Shown: positions 47,557-56,553 of the stretch, piece after piece | Numbering within the stretch: position 1 is the first letter of the stretch | Layout of the letters: every line of letters starts with the position of its first letter | Origin: Candidatus Zixiibacteriota bacterium | GTDB lineage: Bacteria; Zixibacteria; MSB-5A5; RBG-16-43-9 | Direction of reading: 5' to 3' | DNA: 64,000 nt | Assembly (NCBI GenBank): GCA_030692925.1 | Contig: JAUYBY010000028.1 | Location: forward strand, 4,351-68,350 | Translations under genes and position numbers: made by a program | The notes under the pieces: generated by a model | What the model saw: only the letters and a program-made list of their open reading frames with translations | The model's database searches: none | Told to the model about the DNA's origin: nothing

Positions 47557-49274
47557 CAGATAAAGTACTGAATTTCTTGATCAGGTTCTTTCTTCTCTTA
47601 TGTCTTTTGATTATTGTCCTTCCTCCAGCCGCATCTGGCAGAGTTGTGCTGAATGAGATTTTAGCTAATGAGCCTGGCTCCAGGGTGAAATTGGAATGGG
47701 TCGAGCTTTTTAATCCAGACACTTCAGCAATCGATCTGGGCGGCTGGACATTCATAAGCAAAAGCGACACTACTATATTCCCTGCTGGGACATTAATTCC
47801 TGAGAAAAATTATCTAATCTTGGCTCGCAAGTTAGTTTCTGTTCCTCCCGATCCTGAAAGTTTCGAATATCACTGGGGCAATGGGAGTGGAATCTGGGGA
47901 GATTATCCTGAAGAGAGCTATCCTGCTATTGAGGTTAAGCTCTCCCTGAACAACAGCTCAGGGACTGTTACTTTTATCGATCCGCAACAAAATAGCTCCA
48001 GCTTTTCCTGGAACAAAGATGCCGGAGACGGGGTTTCCTGGGAAAGGATTTCGCCTTCAGGGGAAGATAGCATCTCCAACTGGGGTTTCTGCATTTTTTC
48101 TAAAGGAAGCACCCCTGGAAAAGTGAACTCTGTAACTCCAGCTGATAATGACCTTTCAATCTCACCTCAAAACCTGTCTATAGAACCACAATCTCCTGAG
48201 GAGAACGATTTTTTTAGACTAAAGGTTAAGGTGACAAACACAGGTATCTCGATTTCAAAGGAGAACCTGCTCTACTTTTTCTGTGATTATGATTTGGATG
48301 GAGTTCTGGAAGGAAACGAAAGCTTGGGTTCCCCTGAATACATTCCTCTGATACCTGTGAATCAGGACTTTATCATTTCAAAGGAGCTTTCTTTCTCGAA
48401 GGGGGTTTACAGGTTATATGTACAGATAGGCGAAGATGAAAAGGAGTATAACAATCAGGCTTTTATCAATATCCGGGTAGGACAGACACTTCCCGAAATA
48501 GTCATTAACGAATTCCTCTGCTCACCTGGTGATAACCAGCCTGAATGGATAGAGCTTTACAACCGGACAGCTACTCCGGTCAATCTCAGAAGCTGGCACT
48601 TGGGAGATTCGACAGGTCAGAGTCTGATTACCAATGAAGACCTGAATCTGTTTCCTAGAGAATACTTAATCTTAACTGAAAATCGCTCCTTATTTCTTTC
48701 GAGCTACCCTGAGGCGAACTGTAACGTAATAGAACCTCCAAGCTGGCATATTTTGAATAACGGAGGAGACTGGATCATCTTCCAGGATAGCCTGGGTTTT
48801 ACAGTAGATGAATTGAGCTACGCCGCGGATGCGGATATAAAAGGTATTTCCCAGGAAAGAGTCAGTCCAGAAAGAGTATCCTCTGATCAGAATAACTGGT
48901 GGAGATCAGTTGATCCCAAAGGTTCCACGCCTTGCAGGAAGAATAGCTTGTTTGACTCATATTCCTTGGATCGGACAAAATTGGACATAAATCCCAATCC
49001 TTTTTCTCCAGATGGGGATGGATTTGAGGACCAAACAGGAATTAGCTTTGATATCCCCTTCAAATCTGAACTGACCTTGAAGATTTATGATGTCAGGGGA
49101 AGGCAGGTCAGGACCTTGATGGACAAATCTCCTCAGGTCTCAGGAGAAATTGTCTGGGATGGTAAGGATAATAATGGGAATATAGTAAGAGTTGGCATAT
49201 ATATTCTGTATCTCAAGACTTCCGGGTCAAGTAACCTTTCAAAAAAAACAACTATAGCAGTGGCTAAAAGGTAG
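47553..49274 (+). CDS. secreted protein with two lamin-tail domains (LTD) and a C-terminal FlgD-Ig-like / T9SS-type sorting domain
   Basis: VVLNEILANEP...EWVELFNP...IDLGGWTF and IVINEFLCSP...EWIELYNRT...LRSWHL (two LTD signatures). C-terminus NPNPFSPDGDG...LKIYDVRGRQVRTL...VWDGKDNNGNIV..GIYILYLKT. Confidence 0.65.
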   Translation: MTDKVLNFLIRFFLLLCLLIIVLPPAASGRVVLNEILANEPGSRVKLEWVELFNPDTSAIDLGGWTFISKSDTTIFPAGTLIPEKNYLILARKLVSVPPDPESFEYHWGNGSGIWGDYPEESYPAIEVKLSLNNSSGTVTFIDPQQNSSSFSWNKDAGDGVSWERISPSGEDSISNWGFCIFSKGSTPGKVNSVTPADNDLSISPQNLSIEPQSPEENDFFRLKVKVTNTGISISKENLLYFFCDYDLDGVLEGNESLGSPEYIPLIPVNQDFIISKELSFSKGVYRLYVQIGEDEKEYNNQAFINIRVGQTLPEIVINEFLCSPGDNQPEWIELYNRTATPVNLRSWHLGDSTGQSLITNEDLNLFPREYLILTENRSLFLSSYPEANCNVIEPPSWHILNNGGDWIIFQDSLGFTVDELSYAADADIKGISQERVSPERVSSDQNNWWRSVDPKGSTPCRKNSLFDSYSLDRTKLDINPNPFSPDGDGFEDQTGISFDIPFKSELTLKIYDVRGRQVRTLMDKSPQVSGEIVWDGKDNNGNIVRVGIYILYLKTSGSSNLSKKTTIAVAKR

Positions 49275-49280
49275 TTTTTC

Positions 49281-50102
49281 ATGCGAAGATTAATTTTTAC
49301 ATTCTTATTCTGCCTGATTTCTTTTGAGTTTTCTTCCGGAGCATTTGAGGAAAAACCAGGCAGTGCCAGAGGGTTAAGCCTGGCAGGGGCTACTTCTTCC
49401 CTTAGCTCGGAGTCTTCCCATCTTTTATCCAATCCTGCATCTACAGGACTTTTTTCTAAAAAGGAAATACAGCTAAGCTGGTCTAAATTGTTTGGATTGG
49501 ATGAGCTTTCCCAGGGAGATCTGTATTTGACATTACCTCTAAATAAAAGATTGACCTTAGGCGCAGGATATAATATCTTTGGAAAAAATGATTACTATAA
49601 AGAGAACCTGATAATAATCGGATTCGGAATAAAAGTGTCTGAACATCTTTCTCTGGGAACAAATCTGAAATATTTTCAACTCTCTTTTCCTTCACCTTAT
49701 GGCGATTTCAAAACCCTGGGATTGGATTTAGGCTCGCTTTACAAGATAGAAGAAAAAGTCCAGATCGGTTTAGCTTTGAAAAACATAAATCAGCCAGAGC
49801 TGATAAAGAATTCGGACAGAATCCCTTTCTCCTATTCGGCCGGAATCTCCCTATATCCCTATAAGCAGATTCTCCTCTCGGCAGAACTGTACAAAACTAA
49901 ATCAGAGAAAGAGGAATTGAGATTCGGACAGGAGATAAAAGTTTTCCGTAACCTGGCTCTAAGATTCGGGATGAAAACATCTCCAGCCTGCTACTCTCTG
50001 GGCACTGGATTGGAATTGGAGAATTTAAGGTTCGACTATGGATATCTAAGCCATCCTGTCTTGGGCGGAAGCCATAAGGTCACGCTATCTTTTAACCTTT
50101 AG
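49281..50102 (+). CDS. outer-membrane beta-barrel protein, possibly PorP/SprF- or PorV-like
   Basis: Signal peptide, SNPAS motif, alternating beta-strand pattern, and a terminal ...LSFNL. Confidence 0.35.
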   Translation: MRRLIFTFLFCLISFEFSSGAFEEKPGSARGLSLAGATSSLSSESSHLLSNPASTGLFSKKEIQLSWSKLFGLDELSQGDLYLTLPLNKRLTLGAGYNIFGKNDYYKENLIIIGFGIKVSEHLSLGTNLKYFQLSFPSPYGDFKTLGLDLGSLYKIEEKVQIGLALKNINQPELIKNSDRIPFSYSAGISLYPYKQILLSAELYKTKSEKEELRFGQEIKVFRNLALRFGMKTSPACYSLGTGLELENLRFDYGYLSHPVLGGSHKVTLSFNL

Positions 50103-50137
50103 GTCAGGTTTCTTGGAGGTCTTTGAAAAATCTATCT

Positions 50138-50206
50138 TGCGGGGCTGGGAGCCCCGCCTACGTCCACGATAAGTAACTTTCGTAGGTCGGGCACCCTGCC
50201 CGACCA
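50138..50206. repeat. repeat family GCGGGGCTGGGAGCCCCGCCTACG...TTTCGTAGGTCGGGCACCCTGCCCGACC, copy 2
   Basis: Two hairpins (gcggggctgggagccccgc and ggtcgggcaccctgcccgacc) joined by cctacg..cgtagg. Confidence 0.65.
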
Positions 50207-50244
50207 TTGTAATCTTTTTTAAGAACTCTTTAAGTAAATGAACA

Positions 50245-51174
50245 TTGAGGAGTTTTCAAATGGTCTTGAAAAGCACACTACTCTTTCTTTCCCGTCAGGA
50301 GAAACTAAAAAATTTCGTTCTGGGATTTGAGTTTGCCCAGAGGGTTTCCCGCCGGTTTGTTTCAGGCGAGACTCAGGAGCAGGCAATTCAGGCCGTTAAA
50401 GAACTGAATCAAAAAGGATTTTTGGCAACCCTCGACCGTCTCGGTGAAAATGTGACCAATCAGGAGGAAGCCATAAAAGCGGCAGATGATTATCTCCTGC
50501 TGTTAGATAAGATCAATCAGAATGGTGTTGACTCCAATGTTTCCTGCAAGCTCACTCAGATGGGACTGGATCTGGATTACGAATTCTGTTTTAATAACGT
50601 TAAGAGGATCGTCGAAAGGGCAAAAGGGTATGATAACTTCGTGCGGGTCGATATGGAGGATTCCCCTCGTACTGACAAGACCCTACAGATCTGTTTTGCT
50701 CTGCATAAAAATTACCAGAATGTCGGGGCTGTGATTCAGTCCTACCTTTACCGGAGCGAGGAGGATGTGAGAAGACTTCTGGAACAGAAGATCAGGATAA
50801 GACTATGCAAAGGGGCTTATAAGGAGCCGAAAACAGTAGCTTTCCGGAAGAAAAAAGAAGTGGACGATAATTTCGTAAAATTGATGAAGCTGATGCTGAA
50901 AAGCGGGGTCTATCATGGAATCGCCACCCATGATGACAAGATGATCCAGGCGACTATCGATTTTGCCAAAAAAGAAAATATAACTAAAGAGAGTTATGAA
51001 TTTCAATTCCTTTACGGTATAAGAAGAGAGCTACAGGAGGAATTGGTCAAAAAGGGTTATAACGTCAGAATCTACGTTCCCTACGGAGACCAGTGGTATC
51101 CTTATTTTATGCGCCGGATGGCAGAAAGACCAGCCAATCTGTTCTTTGTGGCAAAAAATTTCTTCCGGAGATAA
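50245..51174 (+). CDS. proline dehydrogenase (monofunctional PutA-like PRODH)
   Basis: FVSGETQEQA, TIM-barrel PRODH motifs and a length of about 309 aa. Confidence 0.7.
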   Translation: MRSFQMVLKSTLLFLSRQEKLKNFVLGFEFAQRVSRRFVSGETQEQAIQAVKELNQKGFLATLDRLGENVTNQEEAIKAADDYLLLLDKINQNGVDSNVSCKLTQMGLDLDYEFCFNNVKRIVERAKGYDNFVRVDMEDSPRTDKTLQICFALHKNYQNVGAVIQSYLYRSEEDVRRLLEQKIRIRLCKGAYKEPKTVAFRKKKEVDDNFVKLMKLMLKSGVYHGIATHDDKMIQATIDFAKKENITKESYEFQFLYGIRRELQEELVKKGYNVRIYVPYGDQWYPYFMRRMAERPANLFFVAKNFFRR

Positions 51175-51212
51175 TTTTTTTGGAGTGTAAACCTTCAGGT
51201 TTACCAGTCTTC

Positions 51213-51237
51213 TTGTCAGGTCAGGAGACCCGACAAG
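51213..51237. repeat. GGTCAGGAGACC-family palindrome
   Basis: cttgtcaggtcaggagacccgacaag, preceded by the hairpin gtaaaccttcaggtttac. Confidence 0.5.
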
Positions 51238-51279
51238 CACGTTAAAGTTTAAAATTGTTTTGAGAGTTTTGGAGGTTTT

Positions 51280-52443
51280 ATGGAGATATTCGATAATATC
51301 CGGACAAATATGGAGGAACAGGAGGAAAAATATCTGGCACCTTATGCCATGAAAAGTGAAGGGACCAAAGGAAGAAAGTACCAGGAGGAGGATCATCCTT
51401 ATCGCTCCTCTTTCCAGAGGGATCGAGACCGGATCATCCACTCCACTGCTTTTCGCAGGTTGGAATACAAGACCCAGGTATTTGTAAATCACGAGGGTGA
51501 CCACTACCGCACCCGCTTGACCCATACTATCGAAGTTGCCCAGATCTCACGCTCTTTGTCCCGGGCTTTAAGGTTAAATGAGGATTTGACTGAAGCCATT
51601 GCTTTAGCCCACGACCTGGGCCATACCCCTTTTGGACATTCAGGGGAGGAGACTTTAAATGAGATTATGAAATCATATGGCGGATTTGAACATAACCGTC
51701 AGTCTCTGAGAGTGGTCGACCTGCTGGAGGAAAGGTATCCTGAATTCCCGGGTCTAAATTTGACCTATGAGGTGCGCGAGGGAATCATAAAACATGAGAC
51801 CATTTATGATAAACCGGCCCCGGCTGAGTTCAATCCGAAATTCTGCCCCACGCTCGAATGCCAGGTGGTCAATTTAGCTGATGAGATCGCCTACTCAGCT
51901 CACGATATCGATGACGGGCTGCGTTCACAGGTTTTGTCTGAGGAGGAGCTGAGCGAGGTCGATCTGTGGAGAATGACCATAGAGCAGATCGAGAAAAAAT
52001 ATAAGAATTTGCCCTCGCATCATAAATATATCCAGGTGGTGAGGATGATCATTAACCAGGAAGTCACGGATGCTATCCAGGAGACCACCAAACGCCTGAA
52101 CAAATATCAGATCAAAAGCATAGACGAAGTCCGCTCTTCAGGAGAACACATTCTGAGCTTTAGCCCGGATTTAAAAAAGCTCAACTCTCAGTTGAAGATG
52201 CTCCTTTTCAATAAAATGTATCGCCATTACCGGATGATTAGGATGGCGGACAAGGCTAAGAGGATAATCACCCAGTTATTCGAAGTGTATCTGAGTAATC
52301 CGGATCAGCTTCCACCCCATACCCGAAAGAATTTCAAAGAAACCGAAAAGATGCAGGTGATCTGTGATTATATAGCCGGGATGACCGATAGGTATGCACT
52401 TCAGGAATATAAAAAGCTTTTCGATCCGTTTGAAAGGGTTTAG
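51280..52443 (+). CDS. dgt: dGTP triphosphohydrolase-like HD-domain protein
   Basis: YRSSFQRDRDRIIHSTAFRRLEYKTQVF..HYRTRLTHTIEVAQI and HDLGHTPFGH motifs. Confidence 0.85.
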   Translation: MEIFDNIRTNMEEQEEKYLAPYAMKSEGTKGRKYQEEDHPYRSSFQRDRDRIIHSTAFRRLEYKTQVFVNHEGDHYRTRLTHTIEVAQISRSLSRALRLNEDLTEAIALAHDLGHTPFGHSGEETLNEIMKSYGGFEHNRQSLRVVDLLEERYPEFPGLNLTYEVREGIIKHETIYDKPAPAEFNPKFCPTLECQVVNLADEIAYSAHDIDDGLRSQVLSEEELSEVDLWRMTIEQIEKKYKNLPSHHKYIQVVRMIINQEVTDAIQETTKRLNKYQIKSIDEVRSSGEHILSFSPDLKKLNSQLKMLLFNKMYRHYRMIRMADKAKRIITQLFEVYLSNPDQLPPHTRKNFKETEKMQVICDYIAGMTDRYALQEYKKLFDPFERV

Positions 52444-52464
52444 GCTAACAAAAACAGAAGTACC

Positions 52465-52540
52465 TCATCGGGTAGGGGTGCCCGCTTTACGAAACTAAAT
52501 GTAATTCTTCTTAATCGTAGGCGGGGCTCCCAGCCCCGCT
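52465..52540. repeat. repeat family D, copy 3 (inverted orientation)
   Basis: gggtaggggtgcccgctttacgaaa...cgtaggcggggctcccagccccgc. Confidence 0.6.
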
Positions 52541-52649
52541 ATTCTCCATGAAACGTCTATGTAAGAGATTGCACCAAGTATGAATCTGCTTGCATAAAAA
52601 ATCTTTCCAGTGGCCTTCCTTTATCTTGAAATCATCGCCAACAACCTGT

Positions 52650-52666
52650 TATTGCAAATTGCAATA
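52650..52666. promoter_or_regulatory. perfect 17-bp palindrome TATTGCAA-A-TTGCAATA, a candidate dimeric transcription-factor operator
   Basis: 8-bp half-sites with a 1-bp centre in a 450-bp intergenic region upstream of the RNase H-like ORF. Confidence 0.3.
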
Positions 52667-52893
52667 CTCCCGATTTTTTCATCGCTTTTCATATCCCACT
52701 TGAAATCAGGGAATTATAAAATGCTTTGACCTTTGCTGGTCATCTTTTCAGCATCTCCCCTATCACCTACAACCTATGACCTATCACCTCTTAACAGGCA
52801 TAGGTTTTGCAGTAGAGTAACTTTGGAAAATGGCAGAGGTCGTTAAAAGCTTTACGAAGGCTACGCCGGACGTAGTCCCCGTAGGGAGGAGAT

Positions 52894-53259
52894 ATGGAAT
52901 GCTTCTTTTACGGAACGATAAGAGAACAAGAGGTAAAAGAAAGATTCAATGGAGTGCTGTCCTTCGCCATACCTGATTTAGGATTCATTTTCCGGGCGCA
53001 GTTCAAAGGGGCCCCGGCTGAATGTGAATATGCCAGCCTCTTAGCCCTTCTGGAATTTATCGAGCAGAACCCGAACCTGTTTAAGAGCAAAAGGATTGAG
53101 ATTTACGGTGACAGTTTCACCGTGGTCCATCAGGTCAATATGCAGATGCATTGTACCAAAGACTTAGAGCCTTATCGCAATATGGCCCTGGGATATAAAA
53201 GGAAAATCCCTTACGTGCTGAACTGGATCCCCAAAAATGACAATCCGGCCATAATTTAA
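52894..53259 (+). CDS. small RNase H-like domain protein (RNase HI / RVT_3-like fold)
   Basis: ECEYASLLALLEFI, IEIYGDSFTVVHQVN and a C-terminal WIPKNDNPAI align with the RNase H catalytic E, D and D blocks. The first catalytic-Asp block reads FFYGT instead of TDGS. Confidence 0.5.
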   Translation: MECFFYGTIREQEVKERFNGVLSFAIPDLGFIFRAQFKGAPAECEYASLLALLEFIEQNPNLFKSKRIEIYGDSFTVVHQVNMQMHCTKDLEPYRNMALGYKRKIPYVLNWIPKNDNPAII

Positions 53260-53387
53260 AAAAGATAGGGGTTAGGGTGAGGAAGTGTAACGTCAGGGTT
53301 TATCCCTGACGTTTTTTTGTAGGGGCGACCCCTTGGGGGCTGTTGCTTAACTCATAGAAATGGTAAATTGAGTCAGGAGTCGTTGAC

Positions 53388-53450
53388 GTAGGGACAGCCC
53401 TTGTGGCTGTCCGCATTAGAGTTAGAACAGGGACAAGCCCTGTCCCTACA
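53388..53450. repeat. GTAGGGACAG...CTGTCCCTAC MITE-like element, copy 2
   Basis: Same 13-bp termini as 557-650, with a shorter interior. Confidence 0.6.
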
Positions 53451-53607
53451 GAAAGATTTTCCTTTATTCGTTATTCGACATCCGTCATCGGTCATTATTT
53501 TCTTATTTGTCATCTTACATCCCTACGGGTCGTAAGGCATTTATCGACTGTTATTTGTCATTGTTTTAAAGAGTAAAATATTGACAGACTAAGTCTATTT
53601 TGCTAAC

Positions 53608-54603
53608 TTGGAAAATGTGAAATATACTGAATTCATAACCCAGATCGAAAAAGGAAAGATAGTTTCACTTTATCACTTTTCCGGTGAAGAGGATTTTCTC
53701 AAACGAGAAGCTACTGAGAAACTGATCCAGCTTCTGATAGAGCCATCCCTGAAAAGCTTCAATTTAGATTTTCTCCAAGCAAGAGGAGTCAAGGCAGAGG
53801 AGATTATAAACCTGTGTGCCACCTTTCCCTTTGGCTCCAAAAAAAGAATGGTGGTAGTTTACGAGAGCCAGAAACTCCACCCTGCTCAGAAGGATGAGCT
53901 TTTAAAATACCTTCCCCATGTTCCCCAGACAACCTGCCTGGTCTTATTTTCGAATACAGTTGATAACCGCTTGAAATTCTATCAGAGTTTAAAGAAGCTC
54001 GCAGCCGAAGTTGAATTTTCTGCACTCGGCCCGGAGGAAGCATCAGACTGGATCAAGGAAAGAGTCAAAACCTACGATAAAAAAATAACCTCAGATGGGA
54101 TTAATTTCCTGCAGGAAGCAGTGGGAAATACCCTGTATGAGCTGTCAAATGAGCTGGAGAAGTTATCTCTTTATGTTAAAGAACGGGAGCTGATCAATTT
54201 AAAAGATACCGAGGCAGTAGTCGGTTATACCAAAGCTGAGAACATATCTCAGTTAGCCCAGGCAATTGTCGAGAAAAACCTCAGCCAGGCTTTAAAGATC
54301 CTGAAAGACCTCTCCCTTTCCAAAGAAAGAGAAACCAGCATAAACTACAAGCTGGGGGACCATTTTCTGAAACTGTATCAGGTGAAAGCCTCCAAAGACC
54401 AAAATATATATAATCTGGCTCATGCCTTAAGGACTCGCTCTAACTTTATTATCGAATACCAGGACCAGGCAAAGAATTTTAGCCTGGAACAGTTGGAAAA
54501 AGGACTGGCACTCCTTTACCAGGCAGATTCAGACCTGAAATCAGGCAAGATGCCGGAAAAGTTTTTGCTTGAGCTTCTGGTCTATGAACTCTGTCGTTTA
54601 TAA
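53608..54603 (+). CDS. holA: DNA polymerase III subunit delta
   Basis: N-terminal VSLYHFSGEEDFL motif, AAA+-like fold, and a length of 331 aa. Confidence 0.7.
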   Translation: MENVKYTEFITQIEKGKIVSLYHFSGEEDFLKREATEKLIQLLIEPSLKSFNLDFLQARGVKAEEIINLCATFPFGSKKRMVVVYESQKLHPAQKDELLKYLPHVPQTTCLVLFSNTVDNRLKFYQSLKKLAAEVEFSALGPEEASDWIKERVKTYDKKITSDGINFLQEAVGNTLYELSNELEKLSLYVKERELINLKDTEAVVGYTKAENISQLAQAIVEKNLSQALKILKDLSLSKERETSINYKLGDHFLKLYQVKASKDQNIYNLAHALRTRSNFIIEYQDQAKNFSLEQLEKGLALLYQADSDLKSGKMPEKFLLELLVYELCRL

Positions 54604-54683
54604 GGTTTAGGAAACTCACTTTTAAGCAGCAAATTGAATTTGGAAAAACAGGGGAATATTATTTATTCTGATTTGTATTAATA

Positions 54684-55280
54684 ATGATGGAAGTCCGGAT
54701 GGTGGAGAAAAGATTCAAAACCGGAACTGAGGAGCCTGAGGGCAAGATCATTGCCAGGGCGAAAAAGGGGGATATCTATTCCTTTGAAAGGCTGGTAGAG
54801 AAATACCAGAAGAAGATCTATTATCTGGCTTTGAGGATGACCAGATCGCATGAGGCAGCAGATGATCTGGCTCAGGAATCTTTCATCAAGGCATTTTATT
54901 CCCTTAAATCTTTTAAAGAAGGTTACAGCTTCTGTGCCTGGGTTTATAAGATCTGTATGAACCTGACCATAAATTACCTTAAAAGACAGAAATTCACCAT
55001 CTCAGAAAGCCAGCTACCCCAGGGCTCCTTGGAGCTTGTAGAGGATACGGGGAAAGCCGATGCCTCAGAACAGTTAGTCAGGGATGAATTGACCAGAAAA
55101 ATAGAAAGCGAGATAGATCACCTGCCAGCTGAATTCAGGGCGGTCTTTATCCTCAAAACGTATGAGGAATTAAGCTATGAGGAGATTGCTAATGCTCTGA
55201 AAATCTCAAAGGGGACCGTGATGTCCCGGCTCTTCCGGGCAAGAGCGAGACTACAGAAGAGTTTAAAAGGTTATCTATGA
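54684..55280 (+). CDS. ECF (sigma-70 family group 4) RNA polymerase sigma factor
   Basis: Region 2 (YQKKIYYLALRMTRSHEAADDLAQESFIKAF) and region 4 (LSYEEIANALKISKGTVMSRLFRARARL). Confidence 0.85.
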   Translation: MMEVRMVEKRFKTGTEEPEGKIIARAKKGDIYSFERLVEKYQKKIYYLALRMTRSHEAADDLAQESFIKAFYSLKSFKEGYSFCAWVYKICMNLTINYLKRQKFTISESQLPQGSLELVEDTGKADASEQLVRDELTRKIESEIDHLPAEFRAVFILKTYEELSYEEIANALKISKGTVMSRLFRARARLQKSLKGYL

Positions 55281-55286
55281 AAGAAG

Positions 55287-56486
55287 GTGGGAAAATTGAA
55301 GTGTGAGGATTTTAACAAATTCGTCTATCTTTATTTTGACGGGGAATTAGATGCGGGAAAATCAAAAGAGATGGAGGAGCATCTTTTGACCTGTCAAAAC
55401 TGCGCGGCAAAACTGCAGGAGCTTAAAAAGCTTGAAGAAAGTGCTAAGAGTATAAGAATGCCAGAACTTTCCCCTGATTACTGGAAAACCTTTGCTGAAA
55501 GGGTAAGGAATGAGATTATCCTAAGAAGGAGAAAATCTATCTGGGCAAGGCTCAAATCCGGATGGGAATCTTTTTTCTTTTACTCGCCTGTAAAATTGAG
55601 AATCGCCGCCGGGATTGCCTCAGTCCTTTTGGTTTTTATTGTAGGCAAGCTCTACTGGGATTACAAAGGAAAAGAGCTGGAGAGAATCAGGTCTGAAAGG
55701 ATGGAGAAAGTGCTAATCCCTCAAACCCAGCAAAAAGTTGAAGCATTAGCTCCAGCAGTCAAAGAATCGCTCCAGGTCGCAGAACAGAAGGAAGAAACCA
55801 CTTTCACGGGCTCAAAAGTGTCTCCAGTTGAAGAAAAAATAGCCCAAGTCCCCACCCCTTCAGAGTCAGCGATTTCATCCATTGGAGGAAAAGGAGAAGA
55901 AAAAGCAAAACAAGCCGGTGAAGGCATCAGTTCAGAGCACAAGAAAGCTATCACGGTCACCGCAGAAAGACCAGTAATCGAGAAAGGAGTCACAGCAAAT
56001 TTAAGGACTGTTACTCAAGCAGAAATGGCTATGAAGCCTCCAAGCTTACCAGAAACCATCCTTTATGTTCAGAAGTCGCCAGAAGATAAACGCATCAGGA
56101 CAACAAGTGGCATTCCGGTCAGCCCGCGAATAAGCATTGGAGATAAATCACAACCGATTGAAATCTTAAGATTTTACAGGCTGGATAATAATTGGGTACA
56201 TGCCTTAACCGAAAAAGATACACTGGTGGAAGCAGATACTTTAAAAAAGGTAATTTCTTGCTGGAAAGAATTTTTTGATAAGAAGCCTGTACCAGAATGG
56301 GCTCCGGAAGGTTTTTCACAGATTAAAATTGGCTATCAACTGCTTTTCCTGAAGACCAGGGACCAGTCGGCGCTTCAAGAAGGAATAGAACTCTTAGATA
56401 AATGTAAAACGTCTGTAACTGACCAGAAAATCAAAGAGGAACTCAGTCAGAAAATTGCCGAATTAGAGACTTTGAAGAAAAAATAA
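55287..56486 (+). CDS. anti-sigma factor (zf-HC2 cytoplasmic domain, single TM, 270-aa extracytoplasmic domain)
   Basis: YFDGELD...HLLTCQNCAAKL zinc-finger anti-sigma motif. TM IAAGIASVLLVFIVGKLYW. Starts 7 nt after the sigma gene. Confidence 0.75.
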   Translation: MGKLKCEDFNKFVYLYFDGELDAGKSKEMEEHLLTCQNCAAKLQELKKLEESAKSIRMPELSPDYWKTFAERVRNEIILRRRKSIWARLKSGWESFFFYSPVKLRIAAGIASVLLVFIVGKLYWDYKGKELERIRSERMEKVLIPQTQQKVEALAPAVKESLQVAEQKEETTFTGSKVSPVEEKIAQVPTPSESAISSIGGKGEEKAKQAGEGISSEHKKAITVTAERPVIEKGVTANLRTVTQAEMAMKPPSLPETILYVQKSPEDKRIRTTSGIPVSPRISIGDKSQPIEILRFYRLDNNWVHALTEKDTLVEADTLKKVISCWKEFFDKKPVPEWAPEGFSQIKIGYQLLFLKTRDQSALQEGIELLDKCKTSVTDQKIKEELSQKIAELETLKKK

Positions 56487-56553
56487 AATTTTCGGGAATA
56501 ATTCCTTCCTTGATTTGTAGAAAAAGTAGAAAAACTTTAACCAGGAGGGAATT

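Noticed and set aside
51181-51240. Possible SRP RNA, judged from the gtcaggtcagg motif
   Set aside because: It lacks the conserved GGAAGCAGCC domain IV motif. The motif belongs to the GGTCAGGAGACC hairpin repeat family.
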